From NCBI GenBank assembly GCA_964016885.1, contig OZ024741.1:154318001-154382000 (forward strand): a stretch of 64,000 bases of DNA, in the 5' to 3' direction. Shown here piece by piece: positions 46,504-57,417 of this stretch. The notes under the pieces were generated by a model, which saw only the letters and a program-made list of their open reading frames with translations, searched no databases and was not told the DNA's origin. The translations under genes and the position numbers were made by a program. The stretch is from Eledone cirrhosa (taxonomy: Eukaryota). Each line of letters begins with the position of its first letter. Within the stretch, counting starts at the first letter, position 1.

Positions 46504-48083
46504 ATGATCGACTTAAACAAATCCCACTTTAGCAGTGCCCTGGCATGGCCGTAGTATAATGCAAGAAACAAGTAAGAGTCTTATAAATAAATAAATAAAT
46601 AAATAAATATGACACTAACTCCTCTCTCAGTCTTGAATTATTCTACCTACAACCACTCTTCCCCTCTCTCTCCAGTAGTTCCATTTACTTACACTCTCCC
46701 TTTCTCTCTCTCTCTCTGTCTATAGTTGTTCCATCTACGGCCATTCTAACTCTCTCTCTTACTGTCTCCAATTATTTCTCCTCCCACTCTCTCGTTGTCT
46801 TGTGTTGTTCCTTCTACTACTACTAATCCCTCTCCCTCTTTATCTTTATCTCTCTCCTTCCGTCTCTCACTGTCTTCAGTTTTCCTACTACTACTACCAC
46901 TCTTCCTCTTTCTCACTCGTACTTTTCCATCTATTGCCACTTCTCCCGCCCTCTCACTGTCTCCAGTTATTTCATCTACTACCTCTCTCCGAATAACCAT
47001 TTGACTGAAGAATTCTTACCTAATTCCTCTTATCGCCCCCTCCCTTAACGCCTACATCGTTCTATTTCTACTCCCCCTCTACGCCTACATCGTTCTATTT
47101 CTACTCCCCCTCTACGCCCACATAGTTCTACTTCTACCCCCTCCACACACACACCGTTCTATTTCCACACCCCTACATCCCCACCGATCTAGTTTTACTC
47201 CCCGTTCACCTACCACCACCTTCATCCTCCAAATCATTCTATTTATACCTTCCTCTCCTTTCATTGTCACCGATTTCAACTTTCTCTTTCAGAAAAAGAT
47301 TTGAAAATTCCTTCTTTTTGGCTTTTGTTTTATTGTTATTCTCCTTCTCGGTTATATTCTGTGATTCTCTGATTCAGTGATTCTGTCATTTTCTCTTATT
47401 GTGCAATATTCTGTTAGTCTTTGATTATGCTATATTCTGTCTTTATCAGATTCAGTGGTTCTGCTACATTCTGTGATTCCATGAAATTCTGTGATTCTAT
47501 GATTTTGCTATATTATATGATTTTGATATATTTTATTATTCTGATATGTTTTATGATTCTATGATTCTGCTATATTCTATGATTCTGTTTTATTCTCTGG
47601 TGCTGTTATTCTGTGAATTGGACATTTATCTCTCTCTTTCTTATCCTATTGTCCCTTCTCTCTCTTTCTCTCTCCTTTTATCTAACCCTCTTCCCTCTTC
47701 TCTCCTCATTTCTCCCATTATTTATTTCCCCTTCTTAACCTTTCTTCCCCCTTCCCCTTCTTTCTTCCTTTGATGCTCCCTCTCCTTCTTCACTTCTTTT
47801 CTCAAACTTCCCATTCTCCTTATTTCAAAAGTAGACTTCAAGGAACACTTGAAAATGACTTTCAGATGTCAAAATACTAATACCAATAATAATAATAACA
47901 ACAATAATAATGATGATGATGATGATACAAAGAAGAAGAAAAAGAAGAAAGTGGGACCTTCATAACTCCCACCTGTACACACACAAACATGTAAATAATA
48001 ATGATGAAAACCAGAAAGTAGGACCTTGATAATGCCCTCCCACACAACATATATATATATATGTATATATATATATACATATA

Positions 48084-48124
<41 letters not shown>

Positions 48125-48130
<6 letters not shown>

Positions 48131-48524
48131 CGAAGGAGTTGTGGTAAGGAACCAGATGGACCATAACGCACCAGGGTACTCAATACTTAGGGTAGAAGAG
48201 TGGGTAATAGGAAAAAGTATGACCCCGACAGCAGAGCTCAAACCATTTGGACAGCTATTTCTGGACTCCAGAAATAGCCGTCGAAACGGCTTGACCTCTG
48301 CCGTCGGGGGTCATACTTTTTCCTATTATATATATATATGTAGTAGTACAAAACCCGGTTGGTTATATCACTAGCAAGTAGAGGACTCAGTCCAAAGGAC
48401 TAGTTCAGTACTGAGGTTAGTTCCACAACAAATTAGCAACACATACTTGAGGACGTGCATTTCTCTGCGAAAATCAGTTCGGTGAAACGCGCGTCCTCGA
48501 GTATGGTTTGCTAATTTGTAGTGG

Positions 48525-48556
<32 letters not shown>

Positions 48557-48800
48557 TTATTAAAATAACAGATTAAAGTTTAAGCAAAGAATCGCTGCTT
48601 TCACCCTTAATGGGATCTTCTGAAACTAACAAAGGACTTTGTTAGTTTCAGAAGATCCCGTTAAGGGTGAAAGCAGCGATTCTTTGCTTAAACTTTAATC
48701 TATTATTTTAATAAATATTTGCTCTACGGTTCTTATATATTTGATATATATTTATCCTTATGGAGCCCTCTTTGGATTTTAGTCTTCAAATGTATTATTA
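48125..48800. mobile_element. Cluster of three different PLE-type terminal fragments, each a fold-back hairpin (48205-48328, 48416-48531, 48553-48718)
   Basis: Arms are reverse complements. They contain hammerhead 3' halves GAAACGGC..GCCGTC and GAAACGCGCGTC, and CAGAAGA..GAAAGC. Separated by (TA)n. Confidence 0.65.
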
Positions 48801-48804
48801 TTAC

Positions 48805-48840
<36 letters not shown>

Positions 48841-48942
48841 CAAGAGAGATGTAAAATCCCGACTGTAGTGCCATGTGATTTCAGCTTGTGTCTCTCCGGT
48901 CTCAGCACCGCAGGCTCTCTCTCTCTCTCTCTCTCTCTCTCT

Positions 48943-48984
<42 letters not shown>

Positions 48985-49412
48985 CTCTTTATGTATATAT
49001 ATATCATATGCGTGTATATATATATATATATATATATAAATGTGTGTGTGTATGTATGTATATGTATGTGTTTGCATGTATGAATGTATGTATATATGTG
49101 TGTGGGTATTTCTCTGTGTATGTACATGTATGTATATATATATAACCCATGCTAGCGTGGAAAACGGACGTTAAACGAAGATGATGATGATGATGATGAT
49201 GATATATATATATATATGTATGTATATGTGTGTGTATGTGTGAGTATGTATGTTTAACAAACAGGCATCAATGAAGAACAGAATACCACTAAGTTGGTGG
49301 CAATGTGTTTGTATTGTTATTAATTGGTACAGTTTCTACACCACTTATGTTGTTGTTCAAACTTCACAGAATACCAACACGCACATGCACATACATACAC
49401 ACACACATATAT

Positions 49413-51275
49413 ATCATCATCATCATCATCGTTTAACGTCCATCTTCCACTCTAGCATGGGTTAGACAGGAGTTGTCCCACTTGAGGCAAGATTGGTCGG
49501 GTGACCGTGTCTCGCTCGTATAGGACTATCTGGCAGGTTTTCTACGGCTGGATGCCCTTCCTAACACCAACTACATTTCCAGTGTGGACTGGGAGCCTTT
49601 TTACCGTGTTGCCTACACAGCCACATTACAGCGTGGACTGTGTGTTTTTTTGTCGTGACACCTACACAACCTCATTAGTTTGGACTGGATGTTATGGTAC
49701 CAACATAACTTTACAGAGAAAGGGTGGGAGGATGGAGTATGGGTAGTAGGTTGGGGGTGTATATTTGGTGCCTACTAACTGTAGGTTTCGCTTTGTACAT
49801 AGGCAAGGCGGCTCTTCTGTATTATTGCGTGGCGCCAAAGATCTCGGTCCAGTGACATTGTCTTAGAGAGGTGCAAGTGTGTAAGGTCGGAATTTATCAA
49901 ATTGTCCCAGGTTTTTCTGGGTCCACCTATTCTGTAACTTCCATCAATTTTTATCGCCCTGCACTTTTTTATACAGCTGTCGTCTTTCATGCGCATCACA
50001 TGACCATACCACGGTAGTCTTCTCTCAAGTAAACAGCATCTGATCCCTCTTATTCCTAATTTCTCACTTAGTTCATTTATGTTTTGCCGTTTGCGTATAT
50101 TATTATTACACATCCAATGGAGCATGCATTTTTTGTTCCTTTCCAGTCTGCGCAGGTCCTCTGCACACAATGCCCATGTCTCACAGCCATGTAAAATTGC
50201 TGTTTGTATACAGGCATCATACAATCTGCCTTTCATTTTTAGAGAGAAACCTTTTGTGGCCAACAGCGGTATAAGCTCTCTGAACATTTTCCATCCCGTT
50301 CTGACTCTGGCTACTGTATTTTCCATCCGTTCTGACTCTGGCTACTGCTGATTTTGTGACCCAGGTAACGGAAAGTGTTCACTATTTCTATAGAACCATC
50401 TGGGCAATAGAAGGATCTAATATCCTGTGGGCACTTGCTACTTATTGCACCTGAGTATTGGCCACATAAAATCTATGTTCTTAGATAGTTTACCTGTGAT
50501 CCCACTACATCTTTTATGTACCCATAGTCTGCATTTGGGACATAAAATGGAATTTCTACCTACTCCTTTCCTACACACTGAGCATGACCATTTCCCAGAG
50601 GTCACCTGTGCCCTATTTTCCTTTCTACATACTAGAACTTTATACATGGCTTGTACAGCTCTCACAAGCCATTCATCTACACCTAGTTTTCTAAGAGCCC
50701 ACCAGATAATGGAGCGGGGACTTTGTCAAAGGCTTTCTCCAAATCAACAAAAGCTAAGTAGAGGGGTTTACTTTTAGCTAGGTACTTCTCCTGTAGTTGT
50801 TGTACAAGGAAAAGAGTGCCTATGGTACTTTTACCTGACACAAACCCAAACTGCATTTCATCTAGATCAATTCGATCTCTGATTAGTTGTGCTATAACTC
50901 TTTCTGTGATATTCATGATCTGGTCAACTAACTTAATGCCTCTATAGTTTCCCCTATCTAGAGCATCTCCTTTACCCTTGTAGCAGTTAATGATGATGGT
51001 GCTACGCCAGTCATTTGGTATGACCCCATTCTGTATTACTTGGTTAACTATCCGGGTGACCATAGTATGTCCACCATTCCAGATGCATTCAACATCTCAG
51101 CAACTATCTCCGAAGGCCCAGCTGCCTTGCCTGTCTTCATATCTTTGATTGCCTTACTTATTATACTACATTTAACTTGCACTGCTTGTCCCTCTATTGG
51201 ATCGATTTGGGGCAGACTTCTTTTTCTCATTTATTCTCCTCATTTAGTAGTCTCTCATAGTGACACTTCCAAGCT
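49413..51275 (-). mobile_element. RTE LINE fragment with internal deletions (YADD core lost)
   Basis: ORFs 49775-50326, 50438-50665, 50683-51063 and 51048-51230; AMYK joined directly to VLVCRK. Confidence 0.9.
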
Positions 51276-51277
51276 AT

Positions 51278-51458
51278 TGGTAGTATCGGTAGAGTGTCGG
51301 ACGCCATGCTTTCCAGCATAGTTACGTCCCTTTACGATCTGAGTTCAAATCCCGCCGAGGTTGACTTTGCCTTTCATCCTTACGGGGTCGATAAAATAAA
51401 GTACCAGTAATGCACTGGGTAATTGCTGGCCTTGTGCCTAAAGTAGAAACAATTATTA
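51278..51458 (+). mobile_element. Nin-domain-type SINE
   Basis: TGGTAGTATCGG; GAGTTCAAATCC; GCCTTTCATCCTTACGGGGTCGATAAAATAAAGTACC; (ATT) tail. Confidence 0.88.
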
Positions 51459-51596
51459 GTTAGGCACTAAGAAAAATTCCACAAATAACCAGCAAGACGA
51501 ATGTTAGGATCGTGAATGTCGGAACCACGAATGCCGGGACCACGAATGCTGGGACCACGAATGTCAGGGGTACACCATATATAATTTCCCATTGTT

Positions 51597-51632
51597 TCTT
51601 CTGATGAATGACTAGCATCTGAGACGTTAAGA
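51597..51632 (+). ncRNA. Degenerate upstream hammerhead copy
   Basis: TCTT CTGATGA ATGAC-TAGC-ATCT GAGACGTT AAGA. Confidence 0.6.
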
Positions 51633-53034
51633 CGCTCTTCCTGCTATTTTAATCACTCTCACCACAGCCTCTCTACTTCCATATTCATTAAACCAACAGA
51701 CTCCCAATCTTACCTTCACCCAACCCACACCAAACACTCCATACCCTATTCCCAATTCCTCCGTCTTCGTCAACTCTGCAGCCAGGACGACGATTTTGAA
51801 ACCCATTCCCTTCACATGGCTTCCTGCTTCATCCAGCATGGATATCCCCCCACCCTGATCCAAGTTGCTCTCACCTGCGCCCGTGAAACAGACCGCACCA
51901 CAGCCCTCTCATCTCACCCCCGCCCTCCCAACACTCATGTTCCTTTCCCTCTCACCTACCACCCCATCACCCTACCACTCCGGTGACATATCCTCCATTC
52001 CTTCCGTATCCTCTCTTCTGACCCCATCACTTCTCGCTTTTTTCCAAACCCACCCATTACTGCTTTTAAGCGCACCAGCAACCTCCACGACCTCCTGGTT
52101 CGCAGTTCCTTTTCGTCCTCTCCCATGACTCCACCCGCCTCTCATCCTTGTTCCCGTTCCCGCTGCAACACTTGTCCCTTTATTTCCACCCTCACCACTC
52201 TTACAGGCCCTAATGGGTCTTTCCGTGTCCGCCATTCCTTTACCTGCACACCCACCCACGTTGTCTATGGCTTCTGGTGTTCCCTTTGTGGGTCCTTATA
52301 TATCGTACAAATGGGATGCCGTATGGCGGACTGTTTTGCCGAACATTTGAGGGACATCTGACTCAGTTTGGATACTTCTGTCGCCCGTCATTTCTGTTCT
52401 GGTCATTCTTCCCTACATGTTTCAGTCATGGGTGTCCTTTTACATCATGGATCACAGGCCTCACGCACCAGGACTGAACAAAGTCTGATTCACCATCTTG
52501 GGTCCTATTCCCCACTTGGACTCAACTCACCTCCCCAATTTCTCTAATACCTCGTCCCTTATAACACCCCTAGATTCCTATCGCTTTCTCCTGATCATTA
52601 GCAGCTTCTCTTACAACTAATACATGCCGACTATATATGCTCACTACACTTTTCCCTTCACTGCTCTGTATAAACACATACACACCCTTATATTAACATA
52701 CTTTTGCTCATAGCTTCATACTTACATGCACACACTCTTTTACTCACATATACACACACATTTCTTCTTAGCTTCGTATGGACGTATAATAACACACACA
52801 AACACATGCTTACACACGTGCACAAGTATAGCTCTTTTTACAAAACGTTTTTTTTTCCATTTCAGGTAGATGCGCTCCATCATCCACTTTTCTAAAAAAC
52901 AAATCATACACAAAACGCCAGCAGCAACAGTTTTGCAAGAGATGTCAACATGAATGGACCTATTATTTTTATCTAAAGACATTTTTTCTAATTCGATCCC
53001 GCCGTCCCCTCAATCTATCTTATTTCTCATTCTT

Positions 53035-53070
53035 TTTTCTGATGAAGGACTAGCGTCCGAAACGTTAAGA
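53035..53070 (+). ncRNA. Minimal type I hammerhead ribozyme motif, intact core
   Basis: TTTT CTGATGA A GGAC-TAGC-GTCC GAAACGTT AAGA; palindromic ACGT stem III as in PLE minimal hammerheads. Confidence 0.85.
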
Positions 53071-53199
53071 CCCTCTTCCTGTTATATCAAGCATTAACCT
53101 AATATATCCCTTCCATATACTGTACCGATTGTGTTGTTATTTCTGTTTACCTTTTACATACATATATATATATAAATGATCTGAGGCCATATTCAGTTG

Positions 53200-53890
53200 G
53201 TTCAGGTTTATTTAAAATCCGTTATATATATTTTGCTGAGGACTATTAGTTATGATAGCCCAAGTTCTTCAGACAGCAAAACCTATAAAACAATGAAAGT
53301 TCATAAAAAAACTTTAAGTTTGGAAGAATCCAATAACTTCTTAGAGAAAGATTTTCTTTTCTTGATACAGAGGGCCGGTCGGATGTGTGGTGTTGATTCT
53401 TGGAATTCTTCTATTTAGTTTGCTACAGCATCCGTGATGAACAAACTTGACGTATTTTCCATTTTTGTCAGTATTAATTCTATTAACTGTTGTTATTGTT
53501 GTTGCAACTGAACCACTTGAGCTAGTAAATCTTCCATATTAATGAGATTTTTTTTTTTTTTTTGATTTTACTAAAAAATATCAGTCCAGTGAAAGCTTTG
53601 AATAACTCATCACCACTGTTATGATGGTGTGACACAAATGTTTTGTATACCTGTATGAAATGAGGGTAAAAACCCAAGGTATTCACTAGATGTAATTCCA
53701 AACTACCAACGAGAGACTACATTGAGTGAGACTCTGTACACACAGTTCCCGTGACAGTTCACTTCAGGTCTTATTTATAGAGTTTCACCTAGTCCACTTT
53801 TAGTTACACGGGGTTATTCAGGGTTTTATCTCCACAACACAGACCATAATGTGGTCCATACATCCCTGTTCGGTTAGCCCCCATACTATA
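53200..53890 (-). mobile_element. Gypsy-like LTR retrotransposon relic (LTR about 53617-53890, PBS, gag N-terminus)
   Basis: Minus strand: ...CATAACA G TGGTGATGAG (CpG-decayed TGGCGACGAG-type PBS), then MEDLLAQVVQLQQQ*QQLIEL..DAVAN*IEEF; TATAAATAAG in the LTR. Confidence 0.5.
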
Positions 53891-54062
53891 AATATATATA
53901 TATGTTAAACAATGAAAACAAAAGGTGAAGTTTAGTGCTTAATCAGTTCATTGTTTTACGATTGTTTCAGAAGACCGAGTGACCATGATAAATTGATATA
54001 GTGACTAATTGATCGTAATTATGTAACTCCATATTATTAGTCTCAATACTATGGATCCATCT

Positions 54063-54132
<70 letters not shown>

Positions 54133-54421
54133 CTCACTTATTTGTATGGGTATATGTATGTGTGTTTTATCATTATCATCATCAGCAGCAACAGCAGAAT
54201 TTTCTGTTCACCTTTTCATGGGTTGAATGGGTTTTCTCCAGCATAGTTACCTCCATTTGTTACATCCCTTCATCATTTCTTCTGAGAGGGTCAGTGATTT
54301 GAGCTCAACTCTCACAGCATCTGCTCGAGTCTTCCTCAGTCTTCTACTGCAACTGCCTTCTACTTGGTATATATATACACACACACACATATATATAAAC
54401 CCGTAGAGCATATATTTATTA

Positions 54422-54650
54422 TTAACCCTTTAGCATTTACATTACTCTATATTTACTATTGTATTTTCATGGTAAAGGCTTTATCTTACACAATTATCTC
54501 ACATAATATAGAATCTATGAGATTTTGACGTTATTTATTTTGAGAACAATACCTTAAAATCAGTATGAGCAGCCAGTTATGGCCAGTTTGAACAGAAAGA
54601 GGTGAGAGAATTCTGACTGGATATGGCTGGTTTAAATGCTAAAAGGTTAA
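54422..54650. mobile_element. TTAA-flanked piggyBac-like MITE (family A) nested in a PLE-type terminal fragment (54390-54830)
   Basis: TTAACCCTTTAGCATTTA...TAAATGCTAAAAGGTTAA; flanks rejoin into the repeat also seen at 57200-57415 and 48640-48740. Confidence 0.8.
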
Positions 54651-55319
54651 AAGATTTAGCAAGCAATTTCTACTTTCTACTAAGTGGGATCATCTGAGGA
54701 AATATCAATCTATAAATGCAGAAGTAAATATTTCAAAAGAATTACAACCAAACAGTGCCTTTAGAAAATAGAAAGACATAACAGTAGTGCATGGACATTC
54801 TCTTGAGATGAGCAAAATGTATGCAAGGAGAATCACATTATTATGTGGAGCGAGAAGAACAAATTCTTGCTATGGAAAAATCAGGGAACTAATACTCCTT
54901 TTAGAATAGCCAAATAAATTCCAGTTAATATATGTGGAAAATGATATTAATAGTAGTAAAATGAATAAACATAAAATACTAAAGGTATTAATAATAGTAA
55001 AAGTAATAATAATAATAATGAGAACATTAATAGTAATGTTTTGGGATTTAGGATCATATGTACGTATGCATTGAGCAGTGTGGATGCATACATAAACGAA
55101 GATATAGTGTATGAAAATTATACACACATGTATACATATATACACATGTACACATGTGCATTTGCATGTGGGTGCACAAATATACATATACACACACATG
55201 CATATACATATATACGTATATATATATTCATATATACATATACATACACATACACCTACATACATACATACACACACACATATATACATATTCGTCAGGT
55301 TCGATCAAAAATAGATCGT

Positions 55320-55672
55320 TCCTCAAGCTGATCGACATTGATTCTGGCTAGATTTCTACAGCTGGATGCCCTTTCTAACATCAACCTCATTTACAGTGGG
55401 TGCTTTTTTGCCATGGCACCTACACGACCACTTTGCAGTGGAATGATAGGGACCCCAGTCCCTATCATTCCACTGCTCCAGTTTACTCAGCTGTAGAAAT
55501 GAGATGATAGGGACTGGGGTCCCTATCATCTCATTTCTACTGCTGAGTAAACTGGAGCAATGTGAAATAAAGTATCTTGCTCAAGGAAACAACACATCAC
55601 CCGGTCTGAGAATTGAACTCACAACCTTTCGATTGCAAGGCCAATGCTCTAACCACTAAGCCATGTGCCTCC
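55320..55672 (-). mobile_element. tRNA SINE (family of 11047-11380) with internal inverted duplication
   Basis: A and B boxes; 55474-55560 forms a palindrome absent from the sister copies. Confidence 0.85.
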
Positions 55673-56049
55673 ATACATACATATATATATATATATGTGT
55701 GTGTTAGTCCTGGGGTACTCTATGAAATATGTGTGCAGTACCTAGCAGGTTTGTGTGTATTGGGAGCAGGTGTGTATGTGTGTGTAGGGGGGTTAACCAG
55801 GGTTCACATTCCTGAGAAATGGTGATAACAATTCCCTTAAATCTCACTTTTAAGGGTTAGTAGGCTCGTGACTGAGGCGGTGAATTCAATTCCTGGATCA
55901 TGCAGTGTGTTGTATCCTAGAGCAAGATACTTTACTTTCACGATGCTCATAATCCACTCAGCTGGAAAATATAAAGGGTTGCAGCAACACTGGCGCCAAG
56001 TTGTATCAGCTTTTACCCTTGGACAATATTGGTAGCGTGGAGATAGCTA

Positions 56050-56505
56050 ACTTAAGCCAAGCCAAGCCAAGCTGAGCTAGACAGAGCTGTGTTCATCTGA
56101 TCCTATCCCAGATCCCTAATTCAAACCCGGATCCCTGATCTGATACTGGTTCCCCGATCCAACACCAGATTCCCGACCCAACACCAGATTCCCGATTCAA
56201 CACCAGATCCCCGATCCAACATCGGATATTCTGATTTGATACTGGAACCCCAATTTGATACCAGATCCCGATCCAACACTGGATCCCTGATCTTACACCA
56301 GATCCCAGATCCAGCCGGCACAGGAAATCCGACCTGACACTAGATCCCAACCCGATACCGGATCCCTGATCCAACACTGGATCTCAGATCCTTGATCCGA
56401 TACCAGATCCCCAATCTTTAGCTGAACCAAGCTGGACAGAGCTAAGCTAAGACAAGCCAAGCCTAGCTGGACAGAGCTGAGTTGAGCCAAACCAAGCTGA
56501 GCTGT
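56050..56505. repeat. Degenerate ~19-bp minisatellite (GATCCCGATCCAACACCA) flanked by (AAGCY)n pentamers
   Basis: Direct inspection. Confidence 0.8.
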
Positions 56506-57417
56506 ATATATATAAGTCCTGGTGTACTCTATGTAATATGTAATACTGGGGTACTATGTAATGTTTAAGTCCTGGGTACTCTATATAATAGGTGTACAGT
56601 CTTCCCTCGTAGTACAATTTTCTGTATACTGTATATATGTAAATATATATATATATATATAAGTTCATGGGTACTATTTGTAATAAATGTACAGTACCTA
56701 ATAGTGCTATTTTCTGTATGTTGTATATATATATATAAGTCCAGGAGTCATCATCATCAGCACCGTTTAGCATCCAATTTTCCATGCTTGCATGGGTTAG
56801 ATGGGTCATCCATGCCATGAGGCAAGTCTGGCCAGAGTTGGCCATGCCGCATGGACTGTAAATTTGGCCAGGTATTTTACAGCTGGACGCCTCTCCTAAC
56901 AATAACCGCATTTACAGTGTGGAACAGGATGGCTCCATTATGAGGAGGGACAGGTGTGGAACCACAGTTTGAGAGCACCACTATGTGGAGGGACCAGTAC
57001 TGGATGGCACTGATACAAGGAGCCTAACCCATCTTACAGCGTAGCCATAGTTTTGTGGCCCAGTACTGGATAACACCGCTATGAGGTGAAACAGGCCAGT
57101 TAATTGCACTGAACCCATCTCACAACATAGTTTTGGGGCTCGGAAATGGATGACGCTGCTATTGAATATAAAATTATATTGTTCTTAGCTAACATATCAT
57201 GAGAACGTCATCTCAAGAGAATGTCCTCACGCACTTCTGTTCTGTCTTCCTGTTTACTAAAGCAATATTTGGTTGTAACCTTTGAAATGTTTTCTGTGTC
57301 TACAGATTGATTTTTCTCAGTTTCAGATGATCCCACTTAGGGTCAAATCAGAAATCTTTGCTTAAACTTTTAATCTGTATGAATTATAAATATTTGCACT
57401 TCAGGTTTATATATACT

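Larger units (their letters stand above)
51590..53160 (+). mobile_element. Penelope-like retroelement (Neptune-type), 5' truncated, bounded by two direct pLTR/hammerhead copies
   Basis: SIPYSQFLRLRQLCS..DF (thumb), NL.DLLVRS, C.R.RC..C linker, FTC...VVY..C..C..LYI.Q.....F.EH (GIY-YIG; ORF 52125-52361), GLN end. Confidence 0.88.

Noticed and set aside
48553-48718. Pre-miRNA interpretation of the hairpins
   Set aside because: No known mature miRNA recognised; arms match dispersed repeat families
56093-56490. Gly/Ser/Trp-rich ORFs
   Set aside because: Translation of a 19-bp minisatellite
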